Assembly: GCA_964455675.1 (NCBI GenBank)
Contig: CAYVYK010000005.1
Location: forward strand, 62,001 to 114,277
Direction of reading: 5' to 3'
Length of the DNA: 52,277 bases
Source of the DNA: an uncultured Methanosarcinales archaeon
GTDB lineage: Archaea; Nanobdellota; Nanobdellia; Woesearchaeales; CAYVYK01
Part shown: one piece after another, positions 38,295 to 47,780 of the stretch
Numbering within the stretch: the stretch's first letter is position 1
Layout of the letters: each line of letters starts with the position of its first letter
The notes under the pieces: model-generated
What the model was told of the DNA's origin: nothing
What the model saw: only the letters and a program-made list of their open reading frames with translations
Databases searched by the model: none
Translations under genes and position numbers: made by a program

Positions 38295-39416
38295 ATGATA
38301 CAACGCACACAAAGGTTTTTGACCGCAGTACTTGCTGCAGCAATCATGCTTCTTGTGGCTTGTTCTAGCGTGCCAACAGGAAAGGTCGTTGCGGAGCAGC
38401 CTCCAATAAAGATTGGTGTGATCGTGCCGCTAACTGGAGAAGCTGCCGCGTATGGCATTGCCGCAAAGGAAGGGATGGATCTCGCTGTCGAGGAAATCAA
38501 TAGGAACGGTGGTGTTCTTGGGAAAAAGCTCGAGCTCGTGTATCAGGACAGCAAGTTTGACCCAAAAGAGGCTGTCTCGATCATGCAAAAGTTTGTTGCC
38601 GTTGACGACTTTGACCTGATAGTCATGGCTGACGGATCCGGCCCCACCTTGGCCGCTGCTCCAGTGGCTCAGCAGAATGGCCGCATCTTCCTCGCGACGC
38701 TTGCCTCAACACCGATGCTATCGGCGACGGGAGACTTCTTTTTCCGTACGGTTCCGTCAGATGCGTATCAGGGAGTTGAGCTAGCGAAGTTTGCGCAAAG
38801 CAAGGGCTTTAAGACTGCGGCAATCCTGTATGTGAACGATCCGTATGGAGTTGGTATCCGTGATGTCTTCACTCGCGAGTTTGATGGTACGGTGCTAATT
38901 GCTGAGGCCTTTGAGAATGGTGACACTGATTTCCGGACCCAGCTCACAAAAATCAAGGCGAAGAATCCGGAGGTGCTTTTGCTTGTCGTTAGGAAAGAAC
39001 TGCCAAACGTACTCATCCAGCGCCAGACTCTTGAGATCAAAGGCGTAATGATTGGCTCTGAAACGACAAAGGATCAATCGCTCATCGACTCATCGCAGGG
39101 TGCGGCTGAGGGAATGTTCACTGTATACTTCACTGAGCCTGATGACTTCCGAGGATATCGGGAGCATTTCCAGCAAAAATATGGACGCGAGCCCGGCATG
39201 TTTAGCGATTATTCCTATGACGGAATATATGTGCTCGCCGACGCAGTTGCAAAAGCCGGTTCCACAAATCCTGATGCGGTGCGCGGGCAGCTCCGAGAGG
39301 CGAAGTACTATGGCGCGACCGGAATCGTGCAGTTTGATGCGAACGGCGATGTGGTAGGAAAGCCCTTTACCGTCTTCCAAGTCCAGCAAGGCCGGTTCGT
39401 CGAGGTGACGGTCTGA
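38295..39416 (+). CDS. LivJ/LivK-type ABC substrate-binding lipoprotein
   Basis: LVAC lipobox, IKIGVIVPLTG, FFRTVPSD, GATG..FDANGD. Confidence 0.92.
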   Translation: MIQRTQRFLTAVLAAAIMLLVACSSVPTGKVVAEQPPIKIGVIVPLTGEAAAYGIAAKEGMDLAVEEINRNGGVLGKKLELVYQDSKFDPKEAVSIMQKFVAVDDFDLIVMADGSGPTLAAAPVAQQNGRIFLATLASTPMLSATGDFFFRTVPSDAYQGVELAKFAQSKGFKTAAILYVNDPYGVGIRDVFTREFDGTVLIAEAFENGDTDFRTQLTKIKAKNPEVLLLVVRKELPNVLIQRQTLEIKGVMIGSETTKDQSLIDSSQGAAEGMFTVYFTEPDDFRGYREHFQQKYGREPGMFSDYSYDGIYVLADAVAKAGSTNPDAVRGQLREAKYYGATGIVQFDANGDVVGKPFTVFQVQQGRFVEVTV

Positions 39417-39460
39417 GAAACTATTTCAAATTATTTTTTTAATCCATTTTTATTAAATTA

Positions 39461-39491
39461 AAAAAAGAAAAAAATGTAGGCTCTCGCCTAC
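39461..39491 (-). terminator. GNRA hairpin plus T-tract at the end of the Wza-like gene
   Basis: Minus strand GTAGGC-GAGA-GCCTAC then ATTTTTTCTTTTTT. Confidence 0.65.
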
Positions 39492-40549
39492 TTGGGTGCG
39501 TGGGCGCCGATTCCGGCGACGTTGTCAAGGAGCGTCTTGACTTGGCCGGTTCGCTCGATTGCCTTGTCCATTCCTGACGGCTGATCCGGGATGTATGTCC
39601 GGTGTCCGACGGTGTACGCGGCATTGTCGAGGTTGCCCCATGCGGTGATTGGTCCTTCGAGCGTTTGGATGAAGTCCGTGATCTCGGTCACGAAGGCTTT
39701 TCCATCCCTGTACGCTCGCGCGACGGGGTGCTGCGCATACGCGAGCACGGTGTCGTTGTGACGCAGGCCCATGTTGTCTAGGCCAGCCGCGACGCGTTGT
39801 GCGTTTCCGAGGATGACGACGCGGTCGAAGGTCTCCCCCTCATACTCGCCATCGCACTGCCTGATGACTGCCACTTTTTGCGTGTTGCTTACTCCTCCAA
39901 GGAGTGTCAGCACTTTTGTGGCGTTGTAGGGGTAGCCGAGGCGTGCAGTCCTTCGCTGTCCGGTCTCGTCGATCTCGACGACGTTCACCGCTCCGGCGAA
40001 TGGTGAGTACGCGGTTGCTGCAAACGGCGCTGAGTTGATCACCTGGACTGTTGGGTCCTTCTTTGTCGCTTCAAGGATATCCTTTTCAACTTCTGCCGCG
40101 GTTCGGTCCGCTGCCTGCATCCTTGGGATTCCTGGAAGGTCGATCGTCCTGTCTGGTCCGATCATTTGCTCTTCCATGATTTCCTGCCCTGTTTCTGGGT
40201 TTGTGTACTTTACCCGTAGTGTGTCTCCGATGCAGAGTGCAGCGTATTGTTCGCTTCCGACGCTGACGTGTGCCTTCGGTGCTTTGCTTTGGATCACGTT
40301 CGCATGATCGTTGATCTGACCCATGACAGAGTCATAGCTGTCGATCGTGGTGTAGAGCACGCCGTCTTGTACCGCAAAGACCTTCTTGTCGAGCGCTCGT
40401 TCGCTTTGGTCTTCGAACTGGAGCGCGAAGCGGTCTGCTTCGGTCGTTGTAATATGTGTTGCAAGGGGCGCTCGTCCGCTGACGCATCCTGTGGTTCCAA
40501 GGACAAGTGCGGCAAGGCCCGTTATCGCATTTCTCATCATTCGTTGCAT
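39488..40549 (-). CDS. Lipoprotein with a polysaccharide-export (Wza/OPX-like) domain
   Basis: Lipobox-like TTGC; L.IGD.L.V...IGPD.TIDLPGI..M.AA..T..EVEK.I....P.V.V pattern. Confidence 0.65.
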   Translation of the reverse strand: MQRMMRNAITGLAALVLGTTGCVSGRAPLATHITTTEADRFALQFEDQSERALDKKVFAVQDGVLYTTIDSYDSVMGQINDHANVIQSKAPKAHVSVGSEQYAALCIGDTLRVKYTNPETGQEIMEEQMIGPDRTIDLPGIPRMQAADRTAAEVEKDILEATKKDPTVQVINSAPFAATAYSPFAGAVNVVEIDETGQRRTARLGYPYNATKVLTLLGGVSNTQKVAVIRQCDGEYEGETFDRVVILGNAQRVAAGLDNMGLRHNDTVLAYAQHPVARAYRDGKAFVTEITDFIQTLEGPITAWGNLDNAAYTVGHRTYIPDQPSGMDKAIERTGQVKTLLDNVAGIGAHAPK

Positions 40550-40694
40550 AGTTCATCCCTCTTGTTTGTAATTACTTATTGATAGTAACAGGAGAGGATA
40601 CTAAGGTATATACTTTGTTATTATAGAATATATATTAGTATAAATCTATAAACAAATGAAAAAGTTTAAATATGTAATGTGTATTCGCGAGTGT

Positions 40695-41600
40695 ATGAGA
40701 CGTAAACTGGTTAAGCAGGGCGCGGCGACCATGATGGTCAGCCTCCCAGCGAAGTGGATTCACGAGCACAACTTGCGGAAGGGTTCTGAAGTCTTGATAG
40801 AGCCCCAGCATGGTAACCTTCTTGTCTCCACAGAAACGGTCGCTCCAAAAACTGAGACGTCCATAAGCCTTGGCGCCCACAATGAGTCTGCCATTCGAAC
40901 CTTGCTTACGAATACCTACCGTCGCGGTTTTGACCGCATTCTTGTCAGTTTTCGCTCGGAAGCGCAGTACCAGACAATTGTTGATACCGTGAAGACAAGA
41001 CTCATTGGTTTTGAGGTTATGAAGCGCGAGAAGACCTCGTGCGTCGTCGAAAATATCACCGAGCCATCGTTTGATCACTATGAGAACCTCTTCAAGAAAG
41101 TCATGTTCAACGTGAGCGAGATGATCACGATCGTGCTGCAGCACGCCCAAAAGATCACACCCTCAGAAAATTATGAGGATGTTGAAGAGCGGATCCAGAA
41201 ATATGACAACTTCTGCCGAAGGGTCCTCATCAACACTAAGCCGAAGAATTATGAATTCATCTGGACGTTCCTCACGCTCATTGTGCACGCGCAGCGTGAA
41301 CTCTACCATCTTGTTCGCGCGCTCGAGAAGGCTAGGCGCGATCCGCCGTCCAAGGAAATCGTTGATTTTGTGCGGCAGTGCGAATCACTCTACGAACTCC
41401 TGAAGAAAGCGTATATGGATAAAAACATCGCGCTCGCGGCGGAGATACATGCCGTCGAGAAACAGCTGATCTACGAGAAGGGCTACAAGCTTCTCTCCGA
41501 GAACAAGGGTACGAACGTGATTATAATCCATCACTGCATGGCATCCATCAGGATGTTCTATCTCGCGGCATCGCCGCTTCTTGGAATGATGATGGAATAA
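40695..41600 (+). CDS. AbrB-PhoU phosphate uptake regulator
   Basis: RKLVKQG..TMMVSLP.KW AbrB domain; Y..GFD, GFEV; helical PhoU-like repeats. Confidence 0.85.
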   Translation: MRRKLVKQGAATMMVSLPAKWIHEHNLRKGSEVLIEPQHGNLLVSTETVAPKTETSISLGAHNESAIRTLLTNTYRRGFDRILVSFRSEAQYQTIVDTVKTRLIGFEVMKREKTSCVVENITEPSFDHYENLFKKVMFNVSEMITIVLQHAQKITPSENYEDVEERIQKYDNFCRRVLINTKPKNYEFIWTFLTLIVHAQRELYHLVRALEKARRDPPSKEIVDFVRQCESLYELLKKAYMDKNIALAAEIHAVEKQLIYEKGYKLLSENKGTNVIIIHHCMASIRMFYLAASPLLGMMME

Positions 41601-42532
41601 TCTGGGGGGGACTCTGGCCTAGCGTTCACGCGTCCATTCCAGCTAGATTCGGTGACACTTGGCATGGTAACATCCTTTATCTCGTCTGCGTTAATCTTGT
41701 GAATGACAAAACTTTCGGTATGCTTGTCCCACGGGTGAAAGAAATCCTCTCCGTCCACACCAATGATGAGTTCTGGTTCCTTTCCATACGCATGTCTTTT
41801 TAGTTTCTCAGGTTTTAGTACCTCGTGTTCTGAATAAGGGATGCAGTCGATCTCAGGCACACGTAAATGAAACACGTACAGTCTTCCAGGCTCTCCAGAA
41901 CCAAAATGTCTTCCGACCGCAATCGCGACGTCCTGGTGCGAAGTGACTGATACAAACGGCGATTCGTAATCTTCGTTGTGAAAACGTCCTTCGACGAGAC
42001 TCCATATGTATGAGGAAAGGACATGTGCTTCAAACTGTTCCAGCTGCTCGGGCTTGTTGCGCGTTTGAGTGAGAAATGAGGAAGGAATACCCTCGTGAAG
42101 TATCTGTTCAAGCGCCCCTTGCGAAAGCACCATTCCCCGGTACACATCTCGAAATCCAAGGTATTCCTTGAACTTTGCCCGCACTCGTTTAGGGTCATGT
42201 ACATCGTTCGTACTCTCCACGAATGCCCTGAATTCTGGCAAGTGAGTGATGAATCCCGGATCGAGGGAGAGCGCATCTAGGTTGGGCCACTTCTCACGGA
42301 ACTCTCCATAAAGAGTGGGAACTTTCGGTGTCGTCCATCCTCCGGTGTACGTGGGCCAGTTTTGGTCGCCGTATGCCTTTCCTGAGTACGTTGCCATCGT
42401 AGCTAAAATGATTTCTTCTCGTGTACCTTCTCCTGCGAGAAGTTTGCTTAGCTTCTTCATATCCCCGATACGATTCACCGCATCGTCCTTTCCGCGCAAC
42501 CTACGTAGTCTGCTGATATGCTCGTTTGCCAT
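41558..42532 (-). CDS. Hypothetical protein with a putative ADP-ribosyltransferase (R-S-E) fold
   Basis: VYRG, FVSVTS...VA..., LYVF, TESFV..KI...EI. Confidence 0.55.
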   Translation of the reverse strand: MANEHISRLRRLRGKDDAVNRIGDMKKLSKLLAGEGTREEIILATMATYSGKAYGDQNWPTYTGGWTTPKVPTLYGEFREKWPNLDALSLDPGFITHLPEFRAFVESTNDVHDPKRVRAKFKEYLGFRDVYRGMVLSQGALEQILHEGIPSSFLTQTRNKPEQLEQFEAHVLSSYIWSLVEGRFHNEDYESPFVSVTSHQDVAIAVGRHFGSGEPGRLYVFHLRVPEIDCIPYSEHEVLKPEKLKRHAYGKEPELIIGVDGEDFFHPWDKHTESFVIHKINADEIKDVTMPSVTESSWNGRVNARPESPPDYSIIIPRSGDAAR

Positions 42533-42534
42533 CG

Positions 42535-44403
42535 TTAGTCCTGATCCATTTGCGTCCAGTGCTCAAGCCGCGTTTTATGAAATCCCGGATATGGTTTGAC
42601 CTGTGGAATATTCTCAAAGTGGAGATTTCCTTCCTCGTCCGCGAGGAAGAAGAGCGCGGTCGCCATGTCGATGATTCTTCGCTGGTAGGGTTTTACCCAT
42701 GTGCGATACCCGATTTCCATAACAGGACCGTTGTCCGCGGTTTCCGTCATGCGGGGCAGATATCTGATGCTTCCCGCCTTCACGCGCGCGGTGTTCACTT
42801 CTTCAAAGCCTGCAAAGTACATGGCGAAAACATCCGCGATATCGTGGCTGGGGCTGAGGCATTGCTTGAGATACTGCGCTCCCATTGCGGTGTTTGATCC
42901 GCCTTCAAGTTCGAGATTCGTGAGTAAGTCGGAACGATAATTCCTCATGACAAACTCCCGTGGCGCGAGGCTGTGCGGGATTCTCATCTGATGGTCACGC
43001 TCGTATGCTTCCAGCATTTCTGGTCTGGATTCGAGCACGATCGCAGTGGCCCACGCTGAAATCAGCCGCTTGTCAAGGAAGGTGCAGATATTTGCGTTCC
43101 AGATCGAATCCTTGATATATTCCTTTTGGTGCTCGGTGAGGCGCGCGATTCGTTCTTTCGCATCGTTCATGTACGGGACGAGGATATCGTCTGCGTATCC
43201 TCTGCCGACAGGATCCATATCCTGCAAGCTGAATCTTCGGTAGTCATCGTGCTGAAGGATTTGCGCGAGCGTCGGTCGGGCGCTCTCTTTGACATCGCAG
43301 CGAAGCCCGGCAGTAACTCCTGCCGCGAGCGCTCCGCCAAGCAATGCCCATCCGATTCCGCGCTTGATCTTGTGCGCATAGCTTTTCGCGATGTCACTCC
43401 ATGATTCTTTTTCGAGCTCTTCGAATTCCATTTTTGCGGATTTTATATCGTAGTATGTTTTACTGTTGTTGAGCGTCAGGCAGCGGTACAGGAAGGTCCG
43501 GTATTTTGAGGGCGCGAGCTTGAGTGCTTTTCGGAGCCTCTTCTCGTGCTGTTCTTCGTCGATGCGGGTGATCTTCCCATGTTCGTCCTCAAGTGAGATT
43601 CTGAATGTGGCATTCCCAATCGTGACTTCTTTTCCGTTTGGATCCGCGACGATCTTGTAGGGGAATGGCGCCCTGCCAGTGAGTGCCTGGTAGAGCGATG
43701 CGCCAAGTCCGTACAATTCGCTCCTGCTGTCTGCTCGCATGTTCTCTCCGTCGAATGGCGCGTTGAGCAGTGTCGGCCTCGTAAACGGCGTTCCGCCATG
43801 CGTCGGGAGCGAGCTTGGCATCGAGTAGCCCCATTGCGTCACGCTCGCGTTCTGCAGGTCGTCAAGTTTCACTCCTCCTTCTTTCGTGATGAGGATGTTG
43901 GATGGCTTGATGTCGTTGTGCACGATGCGTTTGGATTCGAGGTAGCTCATCGCGGTGAGCACGTCCCCAAAGATGCGCTGCACTTTATGGGGGTCTTCGA
44001 TTTTTCCCCATTGCTTGAGCCGCTCCTCGAGCGTTTGTCCTTCCACGAGTTCCTCAACGTTGATGCGGACATCGTCAATCTTGAAGCTGTCATACATCTG
44101 CACGATGTATGGGTGCTGGAGCATATTAGTCGCGTGCACTTCTGCAAGTTCCAGGTCCCTGCGTGATCTGTTCATCTGTGTATTCACGCTTGTTTTGTCT
44201 TCAAATGGGATTTTCACCGCGCAGAATCGATCAACATCACCGACGTGATAGCGCGCAAGATAGACGTTTCTCGTTTTTCCCTGCCCGATCTTTTTAATGA
44301 GTTCGTAGCCGCGTTTCTCGAGCGCGAGAAGGAAGTCCTCTGGGATATCTTCTAGCGCTTCGGTTCCATCTGGGATTGAGAGCTCCTGGTCGAGGCTATG
44401 CAT
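42535..44403 (-). CDS. Membrane Ser/Thr kinase with a C-terminal lytic transglycosylase-like domain
   Basis: GQG, AVK, HNDIKPSN; a single hydrophobic segment; AIVLES, N..MGAQYLK.., AMYFAG. Confidence 0.8.
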   Translation of the reverse strand: MHSLDQELSIPDGTEALEDIPEDFLLALEKRGYELIKKIGQGKTRNVYLARYHVGDVDRFCAVKIPFEDKTSVNTQMNRSRRDLELAEVHATNMLQHPYIVQMYDSFKIDDVRINVEELVEGQTLEERLKQWGKIEDPHKVQRIFGDVLTAMSYLESKRIVHNDIKPSNILITKEGGVKLDDLQNASVTQWGYSMPSSLPTHGGTPFTRPTLLNAPFDGENMRADSRSELYGLGASLYQALTGRAPFPYKIVADPNGKEVTIGNATFRISLEDEHGKITRIDEEQHEKRLRKALKLAPSKYRTFLYRCLTLNNSKTYYDIKSAKMEFEELEKESWSDIAKSYAHKIKRGIGWALLGGALAAGVTAGLRCDVKESARPTLAQILQHDDYRRFSLQDMDPVGRGYADDILVPYMNDAKERIARLTEHQKEYIKDSIWNANICTFLDKRLISAWATAIVLESRPEMLEAYERDHQMRIPHSLAPREFVMRNYRSDLLTNLELEGGSNTAMGAQYLKQCLSPSHDIADVFAMYFAGFEEVNTARVKAGSIRYLPRMTETADNGPVMEIGYRTWVKPYQRRIIDMATALFFLADEEGNLHFENIPQVKPYPGFHKTRLEHWTQMDQD

Positions 44404-44545
44404 GGTGTTCCTCCAGTTTTTCGAATGTTACTTTCACGAGGACTCCTGGGCGTAGCTCATGCTCGAGCACTCGCGGTACGACGAGAATTGCCTGGCTGCC
44501 GTGCTTCGCGATCTTTTTCGTTATCGTAAATGTATTAGTCACCAT
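44396..44545 (-). CDS. Small AbrB/SpoVT-like DNA-binding protein (49 aa, absent from the ORF track)
   Basis: Hand translation MVTNTFTITKKIAKHGSQAILVVPRVLEHELRPGVLVKVTFEKLEEHHA; overlaps the kinase start; TATA upstream. Confidence 0.75.
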   Translation of the reverse strand: MVTNTFTITKKIAKHGSQAILVVPRVLEHELRPGVLVKVTFEKLEEHHA

Positions 44546-44708
44546 AGAGTAGTTATACATAGGGTATACATATATATAAATCTTTCGGTATTTAACTACG
44601 TATTAGTGACGACAAAGGAGACCCTGACAACAAACAGCCAAGACATCACATGGTTAACCAAGAAAGTCACAAAAAGCAACTTAAGAATTTCTCCACTCCC
44701 GAACTTCT

Positions 44709-45374
44709 CTACTCCTTGATCTCTTCAAAGCTGTGTATGATGGGATACCTGCCGCTTGGCACATCGATATTCCCTGGTCGAACGACTGCGCGAACCTCGT
44801 ATCCCGCAGCATTTGCCGCGTCTAATTCCTTTTCGACATCAGCAACATACAGGATCTTCGAAGGATCCTGGCCTATTCTATCTGCGATATTCAAAAAGCT
44901 GCCGCGCTCGTATTTTGATCCGATCAAGTCAGTATCAAAGAATTCCGCTACGTAAAGGGAGAGGTCTCCTTGCGGTGCCGTGCGAAACATCTCGCGCTGC
45001 GAGCGTGCGCTCCCGTTTCCAAAAGTATAGATGCCCTTGCCATTCTTCGTCCACCGCTGCATCGCGACAGGTACGTCGTCGTAGAATTCTCCGTGGAGTC
45101 TTCCTTGCGCGTATCCCTCGACATTGACCATCCCTGCAAGCGCGAGATGTTCTGGTCGAAACCTCCTGCACTTGATTTCCTGGGTGATGAACGCGGTGAC
45201 ATCCTGGATGGATGCGAGTCCTGCCTGCGCACGTATCTGCTCTGCGATTTCACGAGCGTCAGCGTGATCTTGGATGTACTGTGTTCCATTCTCCGCAAAA
45301 TCATTCGTTCCTTTCCGTGCATAGCTTGCTGGGCTTGTCGTGCCCATGATATCGGTGAGAATCACATTTGCCAT
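44709..45374 (-). CDS. mtnC: Enolase-phosphatase E1 (HAD)
   Basis: TDIMGTT, G.L.GEFY.DV, GS..SQ..MF, FFDT..GSK, D...ELDAA..AG, RPGN. Confidence 0.8.
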   Translation of the reverse strand: MANVILTDIMGTTSPASYARKGTNDFAENGTQYIQDHADAREIAEQIRAQAGLASIQDVTAFITQEIKCRRFRPEHLALAGMVNVEGYAQGRLHGEFYDDVPVAMQRWTKNGKGIYTFGNGSARSQREMFRTAPQGDLSLYVAEFFDTDLIGSKYERGSFLNIADRIGQDPSKILYVADVEKELDAANAAGYEVRAVVRPGNIDVPSGRYPIIHSFEEIKE

Positions 45375-45376
45375 TC

Positions 45377-45568
45377 CTAGTCCTCCCGCGGATTGTACAG
45401 TCGATCATCGGGATGCACCAGCGGTGGATGTGCATTCAGATATTGAATGTTACCCTCTCGGCCGGTAGGTAGCGTTTCATCTTTTCCCACGTTCTGCTCA
45501 AGAATTCCGGTTACGGTATCATCCATTCGATCCGCATCATGAACGTCAACACTCCATTTTTGTGTCAT
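45377..45568 (-). CDS. Small hypothetical protein
   Basis: AGGTGA RBS and TTTAAATA upstream; ends 2 nt before mtnC. Confidence 0.5.
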   Translation of the reverse strand: MTQKWSVDVHDADRMDDTVTGILEQNVGKDETLPTGREGNIQYLNAHPPLVHPDDRLYNPRED

Positions 45569-45736
45569 ACAATCACCTTGAGTAAACATCTATTTAAATG
45601 TTTCGGAGTGTTACCACTAAATAGTACTAAACATAAGGATGAGCGTTCACCAATGCTAAGAACCCGAGAACGTTCAACCACGCGAATCAAAGGCATCATT
45701 AAAGCGAACGCTTTAAGATGCCGTCCGAGACCGGCC

Positions 45737-45893
45737 GACCGATGGGAGGCCGACCGTCCTGCGATAGTATTGTGATTTCGTGTCCTTTTTTTTACCTTCT
45801 TTGACCGATGGGAGGCCGACCGTCCTACTCTGGTATCATTTATTATTTGCTTTGAGTCTCATCCTTTGCGACCGATGGGAGGCCGACTGTTCT
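45737..45893. repeat. Three 24-bp direct repeats separated by 42-43-nt AT-rich spacers
   Basis: GACCGATGGGAGGCCGAC(C/T)GT(C/T)CT at 45737, 45803, 45870. Confidence 0.9.
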
Positions 45894-45971
45894 GGGATGG
45901 ATCTTTTATCCGCAGATGGTAAGAGAAATTTTGTCATAACATTATTATACCACACAGTCCAGAAAAGTGCT

Positions 45972-46394
45972 ATGCGCGCTGTCGAAATAACTGTCTTTCT
46001 GGTTGTCGCAATTATCGTCGGAGGATTGATATTTCATTTTGTGACGTCAATCAAGTATGAAGATGTTGAGCGGCAAGTGCTCCAAAAGGACGAGCCGGAC
46101 TTTCGATCCGTTGACCGTGCCGAACTTGTGGGCGAGCTCGCGAGGTTCTGGGACCTTTGCGGCAGGGGCGATATTGATGCTTCCCTAGTTATACACATTA
46201 ATGATAATGGTGTCTTGGACAAACAATCGCTATTCTCATGGGTAAAATCAGCTCACCTCTGTGAGACTCTGCAGTCGCAAGCCGAGGAATGCGGACATCG
46301 GGAGGACACCATATTGGTGACGCCGATCCAACTGCCGGCCGTGATCAATGCCTCCTGCAGTGTCGCAGAGCAGAAACTCATTATCTCTGGCTAG
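45972..46394 (+). CDS. Pilin-like membrane-anchored protein
   Basis: MRAVEITVFLVVAIIVGGLIF N-terminus; paired Cys. Confidence 0.65.
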   Translation: MRAVEITVFLVVAIIVGGLIFHFVTSIKYEDVERQVLQKDEPDFRSVDRAELVGELARFWDLCGRGDIDASLVIHINDNGVLDKQSLFSWVKSAHLCETLQSQAEECGHREDTILVTPIQLPAVINASCSVAEQKLIISG

Positions 46395-46897
46395 ACAAGG
46401 GTGCACATTCCGTTCGTCTCGCAAATTCGTCCAAGATCGCATCCACACTTGCCACAATCATCGACGAGTACGCCATTATTGCAGAATGATGGCCTTGTAT
46501 CTGAGCACCGTCCGTATGGCGTTCCATCGGCACACCGCTGCAGAACGAACGAGGCGACAACTGGTTCGGTCGTCACGCAGTTACCCTCGATATCGCAGGA
46601 TTCGAGATAATATTCAACATCACCAGAAAGTTCTGTGATGCGTACGCGGTGCACGCGCGAATATCGGGCGTCGTGTACCACTCGCTGTCCGCTTCCGTTA
46701 TGGTGCACCGCGCCGTCCATATCATCACGTGTCTGCCAGGAGATATCAAGCATGTCTCGATCGATCCGAGGCTGAATAGAGAGGATTGTCCCCTCGCCGA
46801 TTGACGTTTTGAGCTGGCTTTGGACCGTGCGGAGAATGACGCCCATTGCGATGACTGCGAAGATGATGCCAATGGTAATCCATATTGTCTTCTCCAT
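46391..46897 (-). CDS. Membrane-anchored protein with an FN3-like domain and Cys-rich tail
   Basis: N-terminal TM; ISW.T...H.V.I..L....EYY.ES.D..GN; CADGTPYG.CS. Confidence 0.65.
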   Translation of the reverse strand: MEKTIWITIGIIFAVIAMGVILRTVQSQLKTSIGEGTILSIQPRIDRDMLDISWQTRDDMDGAVHHNGSGQRVVHDARYSRVHRVRITELSGDVEYYLESCDIEGNCVTTEPVVASFVLQRCADGTPYGRCSDTRPSFCNNGVLVDDCGKCGCDLGRICETNGMCTLV

Positions 46898-46989
46898 GCA
46901 TTTTTCAAGGGCGAGGGCGTATTTAACGATGTTTATCCATCCTTTAGTGGTAAACAAGGTTCTTATAAGCTCCGAATAGCAAACCGTCC

Positions 46990-47394
46990 ATGGAGGAGAC
47001 GGTGTGGCTGTATTTTTCAGTAATGGCAATTATCGTGCTCTTTGGTATCATCGGATTCATTGTGTACCAGAATGCTGATGATGTGAAGGCTCAGACAGCG
47101 CTGCGCTCGCTTGATGAGCTTGAGCGGCAATGCACGTACATTTGTGATCTTGGTATTGGGACCGTGCTTCCGATGGAAGTTACTTTTCCGTCGGGACTCT
47201 ATCTTTACACGAACGGCAAAAAGATATGCGGGACGTTCAATGAGGAAAATGATTGTCGGGTATGCAAGTGTGATCTCGTTCCATACGAGCTCGCATTGAA
47301 TTCCACATTCATCAGGAAAGCGTTCAGCACGCATCCTTATACATGCACATTCGAGCGTGCTAGCGCGGGGGTTTCGCTGTCATGTCAAGGGTAG
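46990..47394 (+). CDS. Pilin-like protein
   Basis: N-terminal TM, paired Cys, operon context. Confidence 0.7.
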   Translation: MEETVWLYFSVMAIIVLFGIIGFIVYQNADDVKAQTALRSLDELERQCTYICDLGIGTVLPMEVTFPSGLYLYTNGKKICGTFNEENDCRVCKCDLVPYELALNSTFIRKAFSTHPYTCTFERASAGVSLSCQG

Positions 47395-47780
47395 CCTCAA
47401 CAGCGGTGAACGTCATCATGTGGTTTACAGGGATCGTCGCTGTTCTCATCATTCTCGTGTGGTTCTTGCAGAATAATCCCTACAAGCAGCTCGTGCTCGT
47501 CGACCAGATTGATGAGGATCTTCTACAGCTCTCTGAGCAAATCAGTAGCGCCTGCATGACGATGGAGTACCGCTCCAAATATAATCCGGTGACGGAGAGT
47601 GGATTTGCTTCTTTTTCTGGAAGAGACCTCTGCATCGAGCGCGAAGGTGTCCGCGGAAACACGCTCAGGCGCTGCTCGCTTCTTGCTTGTGAATTGAACC
47701 TGACGAAAACGCTTGATCTCTCAACCTATAATTATATCATTATCAGCAAGAAAGGAGGGTTTGGCATTGATGGAGAATAG
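47382..47780 (+). CDS. Pilin-like protein
   Basis: N-terminal TM, paired Cys, overlaps its neighbours. Confidence 0.7.
   Translation: MSRVASTAVNVIMWFTGIVAVLIILVWFLQNNPYKQLVLVDQIDEDLLQLSEQISSACMTMEYRSKYNPVTESGFASFSGRDLCIEREGVRGNTLRRCSLLACELNLTKTLDLSTYNYIIISKKGGFGIDGE

Noticed and set aside
45780..45971. N-terminal extension of the pilin-like ORF
   Set aside because: It runs through the direct repeats; the ATG at 45972 gives a proper pilin-like start.
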